Source of the DNA: Nannocystis bainbridge
GTDB lineage: Bacteria > Myxococcota_A > Polyangia > Nannocystales > Nannocystaceae
Assembly (NCBI RefSeq): GCF_028368995.1
Contig: NZ_JAQNDL010000004.1
Span: forward strand, 512,001 to 576,000
DNA length: 64,000 bases
Reading direction: 5' to 3'
Both the position numbers and the translations under genes were made by a program. Of this stretch, positions 32,376-42,005 are shown in pieces. Positions within the stretch are counted from its first letter, which is position 1, and each line of letters begins with the position of its first letter. The notes under the pieces were generated by a model. It searched no databases. It was given only the letters and a program-made list of their open reading frames with translations, and was not told the origin of the DNA.

Positions 32376-33518
32376 ATGGCGATGCTCGAGCGACTCGATG
32401 CGGTGCGTGCGATCTTCAACAACCTCGAGGTCATCGTCTGGGCCGTCGACACCGAGGGCACCATCGTCGTCTCGGAGGGCGGCGGGTTGAAGTACCTCGG
32501 CCTGCCGCCCGGCGCGATAGTCGGCCAGAGCTTCTACGAGCTGTACGGGCAGAGCAGCGACGGCGTGAACAACCTGCAGCGCTCGCTCGCCGGCGAGACG
32601 CTGATCGTCCAGCACAACGATCACGGCCGGGCCCTCGAGTCGCGCTTCGTGCCGGTCCGCAGCGAGAGTGACGAGGCGGTGGTGGGCGTCATCGGCGTCA
32701 CCCAGGACATCACCGAGCGCCTGCGCAGCCAGGCCGAGCTGCGCGAGCAGGCGGAGCTGCTGGACCTGGCCCACGACGCGATCGTGGTCCGCCGGCTCGA
32801 CGGCACTGTCACGTACTGGAACCACGGGGCGGCGCAGATCTACGGCCACAGCCGCGAGGAGGCGCTCGGTCGCGACGTGCACGCGCTGCTGCGCACGAGC
32901 GGCGATCTGCAGGAGCCGCGGCGCCGGCTGCTGGCAGAGGGCTTCTGGGACGGCGAACAGACGCACACGCGACGCGACGGCCAGGAGGTGCTGGTGGCCT
33001 CGCGCTGGGTGCTGAAGCGCGACGCGAACGGTCAGTCGGCGACGATCCTGCAGATCGACACCGACATCACGGCGCGCAAGCAGGCGGAGCAGGCGGAGGC
33101 CCGCCGGCGCGAGGATCTCATCCGCGCCCAGGCGCTCGCCATCGAGGAGCTCTCGACGCCGCTGATCCCGATCACCGACGACATCTTCGTGATGCCGCTG
33201 ATCGGGATGATGGACTCGATGCGCGCGCAGCAGGTGCTGCAGACCCTGCTCGACGGGCTGGCCAACGGGCGCGGCAGGTTCGTGATCCTCGACATCACGG
33301 GGGTGCCGGTGGTGGATACGGCCGTTGCCCACGCGCTGCTGCGCTCGGCCCAGGCGGCCCGCCTGCTCGGGGCCGAGGTGATCCTGACGGGCATCCGCCC
33401 GGAGGTCGCGCAGACGCTGGTGAGCATCGAGGCCAACTTCACCAACGTGATCACGCGCGGCACGCTGCAGAGCGGCATCGCCTACGCGCTCGGGCGGCGC
33501 GGGCAGAGGACGCTGTGA
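32376..33518 (+). CDS. PAS-PAS-STAS protein (RsbR-like)
   Basis: Two PAS/PAC units (QDITER; YWNHGA..IYG...DITARK); ELSTPLIPI, PLIG..DS.RA, LDITGVPVVDT, LTGIRPEVAQTLV. Confidence 0.92.
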   Translation: MAMLERLDAVRAIFNNLEVIVWAVDTEGTIVVSEGGGLKYLGLPPGAIVGQSFYELYGQSSDGVNNLQRSLAGETLIVQHNDHGRALESRFVPVRSESDEAVVGVIGVTQDITERLRSQAELREQAELLDLAHDAIVVRRLDGTVTYWNHGAAQIYGHSREEALGRDVHALLRTSGDLQEPRRRLLAEGFWDGEQTHTRRDGQEVLVASRWVLKRDANGQSATILQIDTDITARKQAEQAEARRREDLIRAQALAIEELSTPLIPITDDIFVMPLIGMMDSMRAQQVLQTLLDGLANGRGRFVILDITGVPVVDTAVAHALLRSAQAARLLGAEVILTGIRPEVAQTLVSIEANFTNVITRGTLQSGIAYALGRRGQRTL

Positions 33519-33542
33519 CGCGGGGAGCGGTCGCGTGAGTGG

Positions 33543-33670
33543 CAGGGTCTTCGGGACATGCTTGAAAGGGCATGTCCTCGAGGACGGCGTGGTGAGCGAT
33601 CGCGCCGTGGAAACGTGAAAACAGTCTGGCCCTCAGGACATGCTCCTTCGGGCATGTCCTGAGGAGCAGG
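33543..33670. repeat. Two 14-bp-phased arrays at a convergent junction
   Basis: Tetramers at 33543/33557/33571/33585 and 33625/33639/33653/33667. Confidence 0.88.
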
Positions 33671-33675
33671 CGCGA

Positions 33676-34299
33676 TCAGGCGGTCGTGATCAGCGACGGC
33701 GGCAGGTGGCCGGTGTCGTTGTAGGTGATCAGCGCCTCGAAGTCTTCCTGGTAGACCCGGAGCTCGGTGATCCCGCAGTGCGAGCAGTCGAACCGGCTCC
33801 ACGCCTCGTAGGGCAGGCGCAGGGTGTGGGCGACGAGGTAGCGGATCAGGTTGCCGTGGGTGAAGATGACCGCGAAATTGGTCTGCTTCGGGGTGCGGAA
33901 GAAGCGGTCGCGGACCTTGTCGACCTGCTTGACGGTCATGGCCCGGTCCTCGGGGCTGGTGAACGGCAGGCCGGGGTGGACGCCGAACTCGGCCACGCGG
34001 TTGGCGTCGACCACCGGCAGGACCTCGTGCAGGTACGGCTTGACCTTGATCCGGTCGATGTGGAGCTCGTGGGCGGCGATCTCGGCGGTCTGCAGGGCGC
34101 GCGGCCAGGGGCTCGAGAACAGGCCCTCGAACTTGCCTTGCGCGGCGTCGAGGATCTGCGCCAGGCGCCGACCGGTGCGCACGGCCTGGCGCCGGCCCAG
34201 CGGGGTGAGGCCCCAGACGGTGTCGCCCTCGTCGCCGATCCGCTCGTAGTGGCCGTGCCGGACGAGGATGACCCGGCTGTGGACGACTTCGAGGCTCAT
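33676..34299 (-). CDS. Histidine phosphatase family protein (PGAM5-like)
   Basis: LVRHGHY, LTPLGRRQA, SSPWPRALQTA, THGNLIRY, NDTGHLP. Confidence 0.9.
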   Translation of the reverse strand: MSLEVVHSRVILVRHGHYERIGDEGDTVWGLTPLGRRQAVRTGRRLAQILDAAQGKFEGLFSSPWPRALQTAEIAAHELHIDRIKVKPYLHEVLPVVDANRVAEFGVHPGLPFTSPEDRAMTVKQVDKVRDRFFRTPKQTNFAVIFTHGNLIRYLVAHTLRLPYEAWSRFDCSHCGITELRVYQEDFEALITYNDTGHLPPSLITTA

Positions 34300-34333
34300 G
34301 CGCGGCGGCGCTTGTAACACGGCGTCGCCGCGC

Positions 34334-34633
34334 TCACAAAGGAGTCACGGCGAGCCGCCGCAGCCGGCGCCACAGGGCCAGGTCGCCGGCGACGAGCCGC
34401 TCCTTGTCGGCCCGCCGGAGGGCCTTGAGCGCGTATTCCAGCTGCCGGGCGTGGCGCGGCAGCTGCTGGCCGCGCTTCCAGGCGACCGCCACCGGCAGCC
34501 GCCCGCGCGTGTACTTGGCGCCCTTGCCGGCGTTGTGCGCGGCGAGGCGGCGGTCCAGGTCGTCGGTGATGCCGGCGTAGAGCGAGCCGTCGGCGCAGCG
34601 GAGGAGGTAGACGATGTAGCGCCGCTCGGCCAC
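34334..34633 (-). CDS. GIY-YIG nuclease family protein (YhbQ/UPF0213-like)
   Basis: [41 protein letters not shown]; GTG start. Confidence 0.9.
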   Translation of the reverse strand: MAERRYIVYLLRCADGSLYAGITDDLDRRLAAHNAGKGAKYTRGRLPVAVAWKRGQQLPRHARQLEYALKALRRADKERLVAGDLALWRRLRRLAVTPL

Positions 34634-34689
34634 GGGAGGGCTCCGACGATACACGCGATCGGGCCGGGGCGCGGAAGCGTCACGGGCGC

Positions 34690-36714
34690 TCAGCCGGCGG
34701 CCGCGATCACCTCGAGCAGGCCGGCGCCGTACTTGTCGGCCTTGGCCGGGCCGATCCCGTGGGCGAGCAGCAGCTGGTCGCGGGTGCGCGGGCGCAGCAG
34801 CGCGAGGTCGCGCAGGCTGCGGTCGCTGGCGACCACGTAGGGCGGGACCCCGTCGCGGCTGGCGACCTGCATGCGGTGGGCGCGGAGGCGCTCGAACAGC
34901 GCCAGGGCGGCGGCGTCGAGCACGGCCTCGGGCTCGTGCGTCTTTCTGTCCTTCGGGACATGTCCCAAGGGACCTGCCCCGGGGAGCATGTCCTTTGCGG
35001 CAGGTCGATGGCGCGGCGGCAGCAGCAGGCGGGCCGGCACGGCGCCGCGCATGACCTGGCGGCCGATGTCGGTGAGGACGACGACGGGGCGGTCGTCGCC
35101 GGTGAAGTCGACCCAGCCGGCGACGACGCAGCGGCGCAGCAGGCGGAGCAGCCAGGGGCCGTCGTGATCGCGCAGGGCGCCGAAGGTCGGGGTGTTGACG
35201 AGGCCAGTGCGCTCGAGCCGCTCGTCGGCGGCGCCGCGCAGCAGGCTGACGGCCGCCTGTAGGCCGAAGCGGCGGTGGATCCGGGCGACCGCGCTGAGCG
35301 CCTTGCGCACGATCAGGGTCGTGGCCTCCGGGTCGTCGTCGGCCTCGGCCGAGAGCTGGCGGCACACGTCGCAGCGGGCGCAGCCGCCGAGCGCCTCGCC
35401 CTCGTCGCCGAAGTGGCGGAGGATCGCGTCGTGGCGGCACGAGCCGCCCTCGGCCCAGCGCATCAGCTCGAGGAAGGTGTTCCACTTGTGCTCGACCACC
35501 GCCGGCGCGGGCGGGCTGTCGTCGCCGCCGCCGCGCTCGATCAGCCGGCGCCGCAGCGGCAGGTCGCCCGGGGCGATCAGCAGCAGACCGAGCGCGTCGC
35601 GGCCGTCGCGGCCGGCGCGACCGACCTCCTGGTAGTAGGCCTCGATCGAGCCCGGCGGGGCCAGGTGGATCACCGCCCGCACGTCGCCGCGGTCGATGCC
35701 CATGCCGAAGGCGTTGGTGGCGACGACGATGTCGAGCTCGCCGCGCGAGAAGCGGGCCTGGACCCGATCGCGCTGCGGACCCTCGAGGCCGGCGTGGTAG
35801 GCCTCGGCCCGCCAGCCGCGGGTGACCAGGCGCACCGACTCCTGCTCGGTGACCTTGCGGGTGGGGGCGTAGATGATGGCTGTCCCGTAGGACATGTCCT
35901 CGGCGTCATGTCCCGAAGGACGGGCGCCGGGGGCCCGGCCGAGCGCCGCCTCGAGCGTGTGGTCGATGAGGCGCTCGCGCGACCGGCGGTCCTCCTCCTC
36001 GGCGACGTGCAGGGCCAGGTTGGGGCGGGCGAAGCCGCGGACGATCTGCGGGGTGTCGGCCGGCAGGCCCAGGCGCGACAGGATCTCGTCGCGCACCACC
36101 GGGGTGGCGGTGGCGGTGCAGGCGAGCACGCGCGCGCGCGGCAGGTCGGCCAGGAGCTCGCCGATCTGCAGGTACTCCGGGCGAAAGTCGTGGCCCCACT
36201 CGCTGATGCAGTGGGCCTCGTCGATGGCGATCAGCGGGACGGCGATCCGGCGGCAGATGTCGCGGAAGGCCGGGGCGCCGAGCCGCTCGGGGGCGACGTA
36301 GACGAGCTTGTAGTGGCCACGCGCCATGGCCCCGAGGCGGGCGCTGATCTCGGGCCCGGGCAAGGTGCTGGCGAGGAAGGTGGCCGTGACGCCGCGCGCC
36401 TCGAGGGCCCGCACCTGGTCGGCCATGAGGGCGATCAGCGGCGAGAGGACGATGGTGGTGCCCGGCAAGGCGCTGCCCGGGAGCTGGAAGGTGAGGCTCT
36501 TGCCGCCGCCGGTGGGCGCGACGAGCAGCAGCCGCCGCCGCTGCATGAGGACCTCGATGGCCTCGGCTTGACCTGGCCGAAAGGACTGGTAGCCGAGCCG
36601 CTGCAGGGCGCCCAGGAAATCGGGCCCGTCGCCCGCGCCAGGCTCCTGACGGGGGCCTCCGGGGCCGGCAGGCCGAACCGTCGCGTCGGGCTCGTGGGCG
36701 CCAGGAGAGGTCAC
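34690..36714 (-). CDS. recQ: RecQ-family ATP-dependent DNA helicase (RQC + HRDC)
   Basis: [49 protein letters not shown]...C..CD.C Zn motif, [15 protein letters not shown]. Confidence 0.93.
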   Translation of the reverse strand: MTSPGAHEPDATVRPAGPGGPRQEPGAGDGPDFLGALQRLGYQSFRPGQAEAIEVLMQRRRLLLVAPTGGGKSLTFQLPGSALPGTTIVLSPLIALMADQVRALEARGVTATFLASTLPGPEISARLGAMARGHYKLVYVAPERLGAPAFRDICRRIAVPLIAIDEAHCISEWGHDFRPEYLQIGELLADLPRARVLACTATATPVVRDEILSRLGLPADTPQIVRGFARPNLALHVAEEEDRRSRERLIDHTLEAALGRAPGARPSGHDAEDMSYGTAIIYAPTRKVTEQESVRLVTRGWRAEAYHAGLEGPQRDRVQARFSRGELDIVVATNAFGMGIDRGDVRAVIHLAPPGSIEAYYQEVGRAGRDGRDALGLLLIAPGDLPLRRRLIERGGGDDSPPAPAVVEHKWNTFLELMRWAEGGSCRHDAILRHFGDEGEALGGCARCDVCRQLSAEADDDPEATTLIVRKALSAVARIHRRFGLQAAVSLLRGAADERLERTGLVNTPTFGALRDHDGPWLLRLLRRCVVAGWVDFTGDDRPVVVLTDIGRQVMRGAVPARLLLPPRHRPAAKDMLPGAGPLGHVPKDRKTHEPEAVLDAAALALFERLRAHRMQVASRDGVPPYVVASDRSLRDLALLRPRTRDQLLLAHGIGPAKADKYGAGLLEVIAAAG

Positions 36715-36764
36715 GGGCCGACAGGGTGGGCGCTCGCGCGCGCACGCGCAAGCAGGATCGCGCG

Positions 36765-36842
36765 GGCGCGAGCGCGGCGGGGGCCTGGCGCGAGCGCGGC
36801 GGGGACCTGGCGCGAGCGCGGCGGGAGCCTGGCGCGAGCGCG
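36765..36842. repeat. 22-bp tandem repeat (about 3.5 copies)
   Basis: ggcgcgagcgcggcgggRRcct starting at 36765, 36787, 36809 and 36831. Confidence 0.85.
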
Positions 36843-36964
36843 TGGACCGGAGGGGCGAGGCCCTGGGTGACCGGCGATGGTGGACGAGAGGGAAACGAGC
36901 TCCCCGCGGGCGGGCGGAGGGAGGCGAATGCGGTTCGTTCGAGAGGCCGGGAGCGCGGCGGGCC

Positions 36965-37804
36965 TCAGGGGGCGGGCTCGGCGGCAGCCTCGGCAGCGGC
37001 TTCGGCGGCGGGGTCGACGGGTTCGGTCGGGCCGCCGCCGAGGCGGAAGATGCGGGCGATGAGGCCGTTGGGGACCACGAAGGCGGCGATGCGCTGGCGG
37101 TCGACGGTCAGCTGCGGGCACTCGGGCGTGCGCCGGTCGGGCCAGATGTCGACGCCGGAGGCGAACACGCTGAAGCCCGGCTCGCCGGTGGCGCACTGGC
37201 CCGAGAGCCAGGCGTCGCGCGCCTCGTGATCCGCGAGCGCGGCCATGACGACGAGGCGCGGGCTGAGGGCGGGCAGCAAGATGTCGGCCCAGGTCAGCGC
37301 GACGACGTGAGCGCCGTCGACGGCGAAGGTGCGCGCGACGATCTCGGGGCCGGACGGCGGGTCGGCGTCGGCGGCCTTGGGATCGACGGTGGTGTCGATG
37401 CGCTCGCACACGAGGCTGACGATCTGGGTGGTGGCGAGCGGGGTGACGCAGGTGATGGCGACGCTGCCGACCTTGCCCTCGAGCTTCTCGTCGGTCCACA
37501 CGTCGAGCATGGCGGCCTCGCGGATCTGCGCGGCCAGCTCGCGCTCGCGGTCGTCGTCGGCGAGGTCGACCTCGGGGTAACTGATAGCGAGGGTGACCTG
37601 GCCGGGCCGGCGGGCGATCGATTTCTCCACCACGGGCACGTAGGCGAGGCCGTCGCTCAGCGGGGCGGTGGTGTAGAGCCGATCGGAGGTGGCGACGAAC
37701 AGCGGCGGAGCCCCGCGCGGCTGGCTCGACTCGGCCGGCGGCGGCCGACAGGTGGGCAGCGCGAGCAGGAGGAGGGCGAGGCCTGTATTTCGGGACAGGT
37801 GCAT
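36965..37804 (-). CDS. Hypothetical lipoprotein
   Basis: GLALLLLALPTC signal/lipobox-like sequence; ISYPEV segment; GC3-biased codons. Confidence 0.65.
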   Translation of the reverse strand: MHLSRNTGLALLLLALPTCRPPPAESSQPRGAPPLFVATSDRLYTTAPLSDGLAYVPVVEKSIARRPGQVTLAISYPEVDLADDDRERELAAQIREAAMLDVWTDEKLEGKVGSVAITCVTPLATTQIVSLVCERIDTTVDPKAADADPPSGPEIVARTFAVDGAHVVALTWADILLPALSPRLVVMAALADHEARDAWLSGQCATGEPGFSVFASGVDIWPDRRTPECPQLTVDRQRIAAFVVPNGLIARIFRLGGGPTEPVDPAAEAAAEAAAEPAP

Positions 37805-37974
37805 CGAGACAGGTCGGCGGACGGACCGGACGCTCGAGAGTGCGACGAACCGCCGGTCGCCGCAAGCGGGCCGGCGACCTCAGGCGGAGGGTGCTGCGGA
37901 GGCGGGGGCCGGTGTGAGGGCCGGCGGCGATGGCGCTGGATGCGGGGCAGGGGAGCCGAGCGGGTGGGGTTCAT

Positions 37975-38022
37975 GCTGTCTATTGCGACATGTCTAAAAG
38001 GGCATGGTCATAAGGACATGTT
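37975..38022. repeat. 14-bp-phased array (3 units, AT-rich spacers)
   Basis: Tetramers at 37975, 37989, 38003 and 38017. Confidence 0.8.
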
Positions 38023-38147
38023 GAAAGTCAAGAGGCGAGGGCGACGCCCCTGCAAGACGAAGAGGATGGCGACCTCGCCGCGGGTCGTCCAGCGCATCGG
38101 GGCGTAGAGGCGAAGGGCGCCGACGCGGACCTCGTGGAAGGGATCTG

Positions 38148-39683
38148 TCACTTGCGGCGGCGGCGACGAAGCAGCGGCAGAAGCCAGGCCAGGGCCGGGC
38201 TGCCGGTGCGGCAGCCGCCGCAGGCGTCGTCGCCGGGCGGGTCGGACTCGCCGGCGGTGTCGGACTCGCCCGGATCGTCGCCGGTGCTCGAATCATCACC
38301 GGTGCTGTCGCCGCTGCTCTCGTCGCCGGTGGTCTCGGGCGCGGGCAGTGGTTCGACGCAGGCGAGCCCGTCGCGGGTGTCCGCGGCGCACAGGTGGGCG
38401 CGGATCGACATGTCCGAGAGGACAGGGTTGACGACGGCCAGCCAGTAGCCGCCGGCGGGCAGCTCGGCGAGGATCCGCGGCTCGGGTTCGGCGCCGTCCC
38501 AGGCGAGCGCCTCCGGCTCGACGGGGCCGTCGGCCGCGCCGCCGGCGACCGCCTGAAGCGTGAACTCGAGGCCGGGCGCGGGCGCGGCGAGGCCGAACCA
38601 CAGCGGGCCGCCGGGGTGGTCGAGGCGGTAGTAGCGGGCGGTCAGCGAGAAGAAGCGGTCGTCGTCGGCGAGCGGGAACACCTCCTGTTCGGCGGCCACG
38701 CCCGCGAGCTCGGCGGCGTACGGGTGGCTGTCGCGGGCGCCGGCGTGCTCGCCGGTGGCGAGGTTCCAGGCGGCGAACTCGAGCCAGGCCGGGCGCAGGT
38801 CGTCGGCGTGCGCCTGCAGCAGCCCGGCGATCGCGGCCGGCAGCTCGGCGGCGCCGCCGATCTGCAGCAGGGCGTCGACGAACTCGGGGCCGCGGCGGGC
38901 GATCAGGAAATCCCACCACAGCCCGGTGCCGTAAGCGAAGCTCGGCACCGGACCGGCGGGGGGCTTGAAGAGGGAGCGGCCGGTGTCGGCGAGGTAAGCA
39001 TCGCAGAAGCGCAGGAAATCGCGCGAGTCGGCGCGATAGGACCGCTCGGCCCACACGGCGGTGCCCTCGGAGAACCACACCGGGAGGTCGACGGCGTACG
39101 CGGCCTGGACGGCGTGGAACAGCTCGTGACTGACGACGGTGTCGACGGCCTCCGCGAGGTCGGCGTAGCCGTAGCCGGCGAAATCGTTCTCGAGCACGAG
39201 GTGGCCGGCGCAGGCGTCGGGGTCGCAAGCGTCGTGGCCGAAGTGGCCGTCGGCGGAGCCGCCGAAATCGACGAGGTAGATGTCGAGTGCCTCGCTGCCG
39301 CCGAGCAGGCCGAGGTCGTGCTCGGCCTCGCTGCGCGGGGGCCGGAGGTCAAAGGCGTCGCGGTAGAGCGCGAGCACGGCGGCGGCGGTGTCGGCGACGC
39401 GGACGACGTAGTCGGGCACGCCGTCGCCGTCGAGGTCGGCGAGCGGGACGACGCTGGGGCCGTCGGCGCTGTAGTGGACGCGCAGGCCGCCGCCCGGGTG
39501 ATCGAAAAAGACGAGGCTGTCCTTTGGGTCATACGGCCACAGGCCGCCCTCGGTCGGCCGCTCGGCGCGCGCGAGGCCCGGGACGAGCAGGGCGGCGAGC
39601 AGGGCGGCGAAGCACGCGGGGACCGGCGAGCGAGTGGGACGCGCGCGGCGCTTCGGCTCGACGGCGGAGTGATTTCCACGCAC
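38148..39683 (-). CDS. Secreted zinc metalloprotease (MXAN_6640-like) with a MYXO-CTERM-like tail
   Basis: Signal peptide; DLDGDGVPDYV; SHELFHAVQ; WFSEGTAVW; C-terminal GGC...LAWLLPLLRRRRRK; start uncertain. Confidence 0.8.
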   Translation of the reverse strand: MRGNHSAVEPKRRARPTRSPVPACFAALLAALLVPGLARAERPTEGGLWPYDPKDSLVFFDHPGGGLRVHYSADGPSVVPLADLDGDGVPDYVVRVADTAAAVLALYRDAFDLRPPRSEAEHDLGLLGGSEALDIYLVDFGGSADGHFGHDACDPDACAGHLVLENDFAGYGYADLAEAVDTVVSHELFHAVQAAYAVDLPVWFSEGTAVWAERSYRADSRDFLRFCDAYLADTGRSLFKPPAGPVPSFAYGTGLWWDFLIARRGPEFVDALLQIGGAAELPAAIAGLLQAHADDLRPAWLEFAAWNLATGEHAGARDSHPYAAELAGVAAEQEVFPLADDDRFFSLTARYYRLDHPGGPLWFGLAAPAPGLEFTLQAVAGGAADGPVEPEALAWDGAEPEPRILAELPAGGYWLAVVNPVLSDMSIRAHLCAADTRDGLACVEPLPAPETTGDESSGDSTGDDSSTGDDPGESDTAGESDPPGDDACGGCRTGSPALAWLLPLLRRRRRK

Positions 39684-39880
39684 CCCGAGCGAGTGGCACG
39701 CGACGAGCGCGGGATGCTCGCGCGTCGACGCGAAGGCGAAGTGATTCCTGCGGCTCGTCGAATCGGCGCATGAGTGCTGCGCGGGCATCGTCGCTTCGAC
39801 GGGCGAGCGATGCCCGCGCATCGTCGCTGCTTCGGCCGATGGATCCGCCGTCGCCTCGCGCTCCGCGGCGTCGCGGCGCT

Positions 39881-40792
39881 TCACGGGAGGAAGCTCCAGC
39901 GCCAGGTCATGATCGCCGAGCCCGTGCCCATGGTGCCGTTCTCGTTGCAGTCGGCCTGGCCCTGTTCGTAGTAGGCCTCGATCACCAGCTTGACGGCGCG
40001 ACCGTCGGCGAGGCGGAGGGCGAACGGGAAGCCGGTGGTGGTGACGCAGCCGGTGTAGCCCCACCAGCTGGCCATGCGGTACGCGGGGCTGCCGGGCAGG
40101 CCGGAGCCGTCCTCTTGCAGGGTGCAGGCGTCGTCGTAGTAGCTCTCGGGCGCGAACTCGGCGTCGGGCGGGGCGGCGTCGAGGTCGGCGTACTGGCCGG
40201 CGGGCGCGGCGACGGTGACGCACGACGGGCCCGAGCTGCCGCTGTTGGCGCGGATGCCGAAGCGCTTGGCGGCGATGTCCCAGGCGCCGCTCTCGAGCGC
40301 CGCGACGTCGTCGAGGTCGACCCGCGCGAGGCCGTCGTCGGTGAAGCGGAGGTAGACCCACGGATTCATCGCCGCGGCCATGGTCCCGCCGGCGGAGGCG
40401 TCGAGGGTCGAGACCCAGTCGTCGCCGTCGCGCACGCTGGCGACCTCGGCGTCGCTGACCTTGTCGTCTTGCAGCGACAGGTCCTGGATCGAGGCGTCGA
40501 TGCAGGGGACGGGGGCCAGCGGGCAGGCGTTCGGGTCGACCGGCTCGTCGGTGGTGCCGGGGTCGGTGGTGGTCGGTGGCTCGGCGGTGGTGCCGGTCTC
40601 GGTCGTGGTGCCGGGTTCGGTGGCGGCCGAGCTCTCGTTGCCGGTCTCGGCAGTGCCGCCGGTCCCGGCATCGTTGCCGGTCGCGGCCTCGGTGCCGGTG
40701 CCGGTGTCGGCCGGATCGCCCTGGTCGCCGCAGGCGCCGACGAGCATGGCGAAGAGGATGAGGTGTAACTTGGGACAGGTCGTGAGGGACAT
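39881..40792 (-). CDS. HmuY-family heme-binding lipoprotein
   Basis: LVGAC lipobox; WVYLRF, WDIAAKRFGIRANSGSSG, WWGY, KLVIEAYY; located downstream of heme ABC genes. Confidence 0.82.
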   Translation of the reverse strand: MSLTTCPKLHLILFAMLVGACGDQGDPADTGTGTEAATGNDAGTGGTAETGNESSAATEPGTTTETGTTAEPPTTTDPGTTDEPVDPNACPLAPVPCIDASIQDLSLQDDKVSDAEVASVRDGDDWVSTLDASAGGTMAAAMNPWVYLRFTDDGLARVDLDDVAALESGAWDIAAKRFGIRANSGSSGPSCVTVAAPAGQYADLDAAPPDAEFAPESYYDDACTLQEDGSGLPGSPAYRMASWWGYTGCVTTTGFPFALRLADGRAVKLVIEAYYEQGQADCNENGTMGTGSAIMTWRWSFLP

Positions 40793-40938
40793 GGGATGCG
40801 CGATCCTGGTGCGAGGTGATCTGAACTTTTGGACAGGTCCCCGGGCCCGACGAGCGGGCGGGCGAGATGAACCTTTGGACAGGTCCCCGGGGACAGGCGC
40901 GTGGGGCGCGTGCCGCGGCAGGACGGCCGCGGCCACGG

Positions 40939-41748
40939 TCACGCGTGGAGGTCGTCGGGCGGGCGCGGGAGGACGGCGAAGCCGCGGCCCGCGGGCGCGG
41001 GTACGAGGTCGAAGCGGGCGCCGAAGCACGCCTCGAGGCGCTCGGGGGTGAGGACGTCGGCCGGTTCACCGTGGGCGACGCAGCGGCCGGCGTGGAGCAG
41101 GGCGAGGTCGTCGGCGCACTGGCTGGCGGCGCCGAGGTCGTGGAGGACGAGCACGAGGGCGGTGTCGGTGGCGCGCACGAACTGGCGCAGGCGCGCGAGG
41201 ATCCGGACGGCGTGGCCGGGGTCGAGGTTGGCGGTCGGCTCGTCGAGCAGGAGGTAGCGGCGCGGGTGCTCGGGGCTGGGCTCCCAGATCTGGGCGAGCA
41301 CCCGGGCCAGCTGGACGCGCTGCTGCTCGCCGCCGGACAGGGTCGGGGCGAGGCGCTCGGCGAGGTGGGCGACCTCGGCCAGCTCGAGCGCGGCCCAGGC
41401 GATGTCGCGGTCGCGCCGGGTCTCGCCGCGGCCGGGGTGCGGGAGGCGCCCCAGGGTAGCGACCTCGAGCGCGGTCAGCGGGAAGCGCAGGGCGCTGGCC
41501 TGCGGCAGGACGGCCCGCATGCGCGCGAGGGAGGTGGGGTGGACCTGGGCGAGCGGGCGACCGTCGAAGCGCAGCTCGCCGGCGCTGGGGGCCTGCTCGC
41601 CGGCCCAGACGCGCAGCAGGGTCGATTTTCCGGCTCCGCTGGGGCCGACGACGGCGAGCACGCGGGCGCACTCGGCCACGAGCGAGAGGTCGCGCAGGAG
41701 CTCGGCGCGCCCGACGGTGACGCCGATGCGCGAGGCGACCAGGCTCAC
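40939..41748 (-). CDS. hmuV: Heme ABC transporter ATP-binding protein
   Basis: GPSGAGKST, LARMRAVLPQ, LSGGEQQRVQLARVLAQIW, LLLDEPT, VLHDL. Confidence 0.9.
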   Translation of the reverse strand: MSLVASRIGVTVGRAELLRDLSLVAECARVLAVVGPSGAGKSTLLRVWAGEQAPSAGELRFDGRPLAQVHPTSLARMRAVLPQASALRFPLTALEVATLGRLPHPGRGETRRDRDIAWAALELAEVAHLAERLAPTLSGGEQQRVQLARVLAQIWEPSPEHPRRYLLLDEPTANLDPGHAVRILARLRQFVRATDTALVLVLHDLGAASQCADDLALLHAGRCVAHGEPADVLTPERLEACFGARFDLVPAPAGRGFAVLPRPPDDLHA

Positions 41749-42005
41749 GCGACCTCCGATTGGGGGGCGGCGAAGCGAGGGGGATCGACCTCGGCCCCGG
41801 CGCGCCCGGGCGCATGGTCTTCGGGACAGGTCGAGCCGGGCCGCGCGTCGTGCGAGCCCGGGACCGGGGCCGGGCGGGGCGTGCGCATCAGGATGGCCTT
41901 CGGGACAGGTGGGGGCGCGACCGGGGGCGATCGCCTGGGTTCGACCCTTGGTTGCGATCGTTCTTCATAAGTATTCAGAACCAAAGATCTTACGGCGCTG
42001 CTCAT
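41745..42005 (-). CDS. Putative 86-aa Pro-rich spacer ORF coupling hmuU to hmuV
   Basis: ATG overlaps the hmuU stop and TGA overlaps the hmuV GTG; atypical codon use; contains two 14-bp units. Confidence 0.35.
   Translation of the reverse strand: MSSAVRSLVLNTYEERSQPRVEPRRSPPVAPPPVPKAILMRTPRPAPVPGSHDARPGSTCPEDHAPGRAGAEVDPPRFAAPQSEVA

Noticed and set aside
33605-33625. parS-like site (gtggaaacgtgaaaaca)
   Set aside because: Poor match to the TGTTTCACGTGAAACA palindrome, a single copy, and no parAB nearby.
34334-34633. GIY-YIG as a homing endonuclease or mobile element
   Set aside because: It is the short stand-alone YhbQ-like housekeeping type, with no intron or intein context.
38148-41069. 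Single 973-aa ORF (likewise the 1238-aa ORF 45542-49258, the 732-aa ORF 29457-31655 and the 1174-aa ORF 59024-62548)
   Set aside because: The N-terminal parts are spurious extensions overlapping other genes; only the C-terminal portions are credible.
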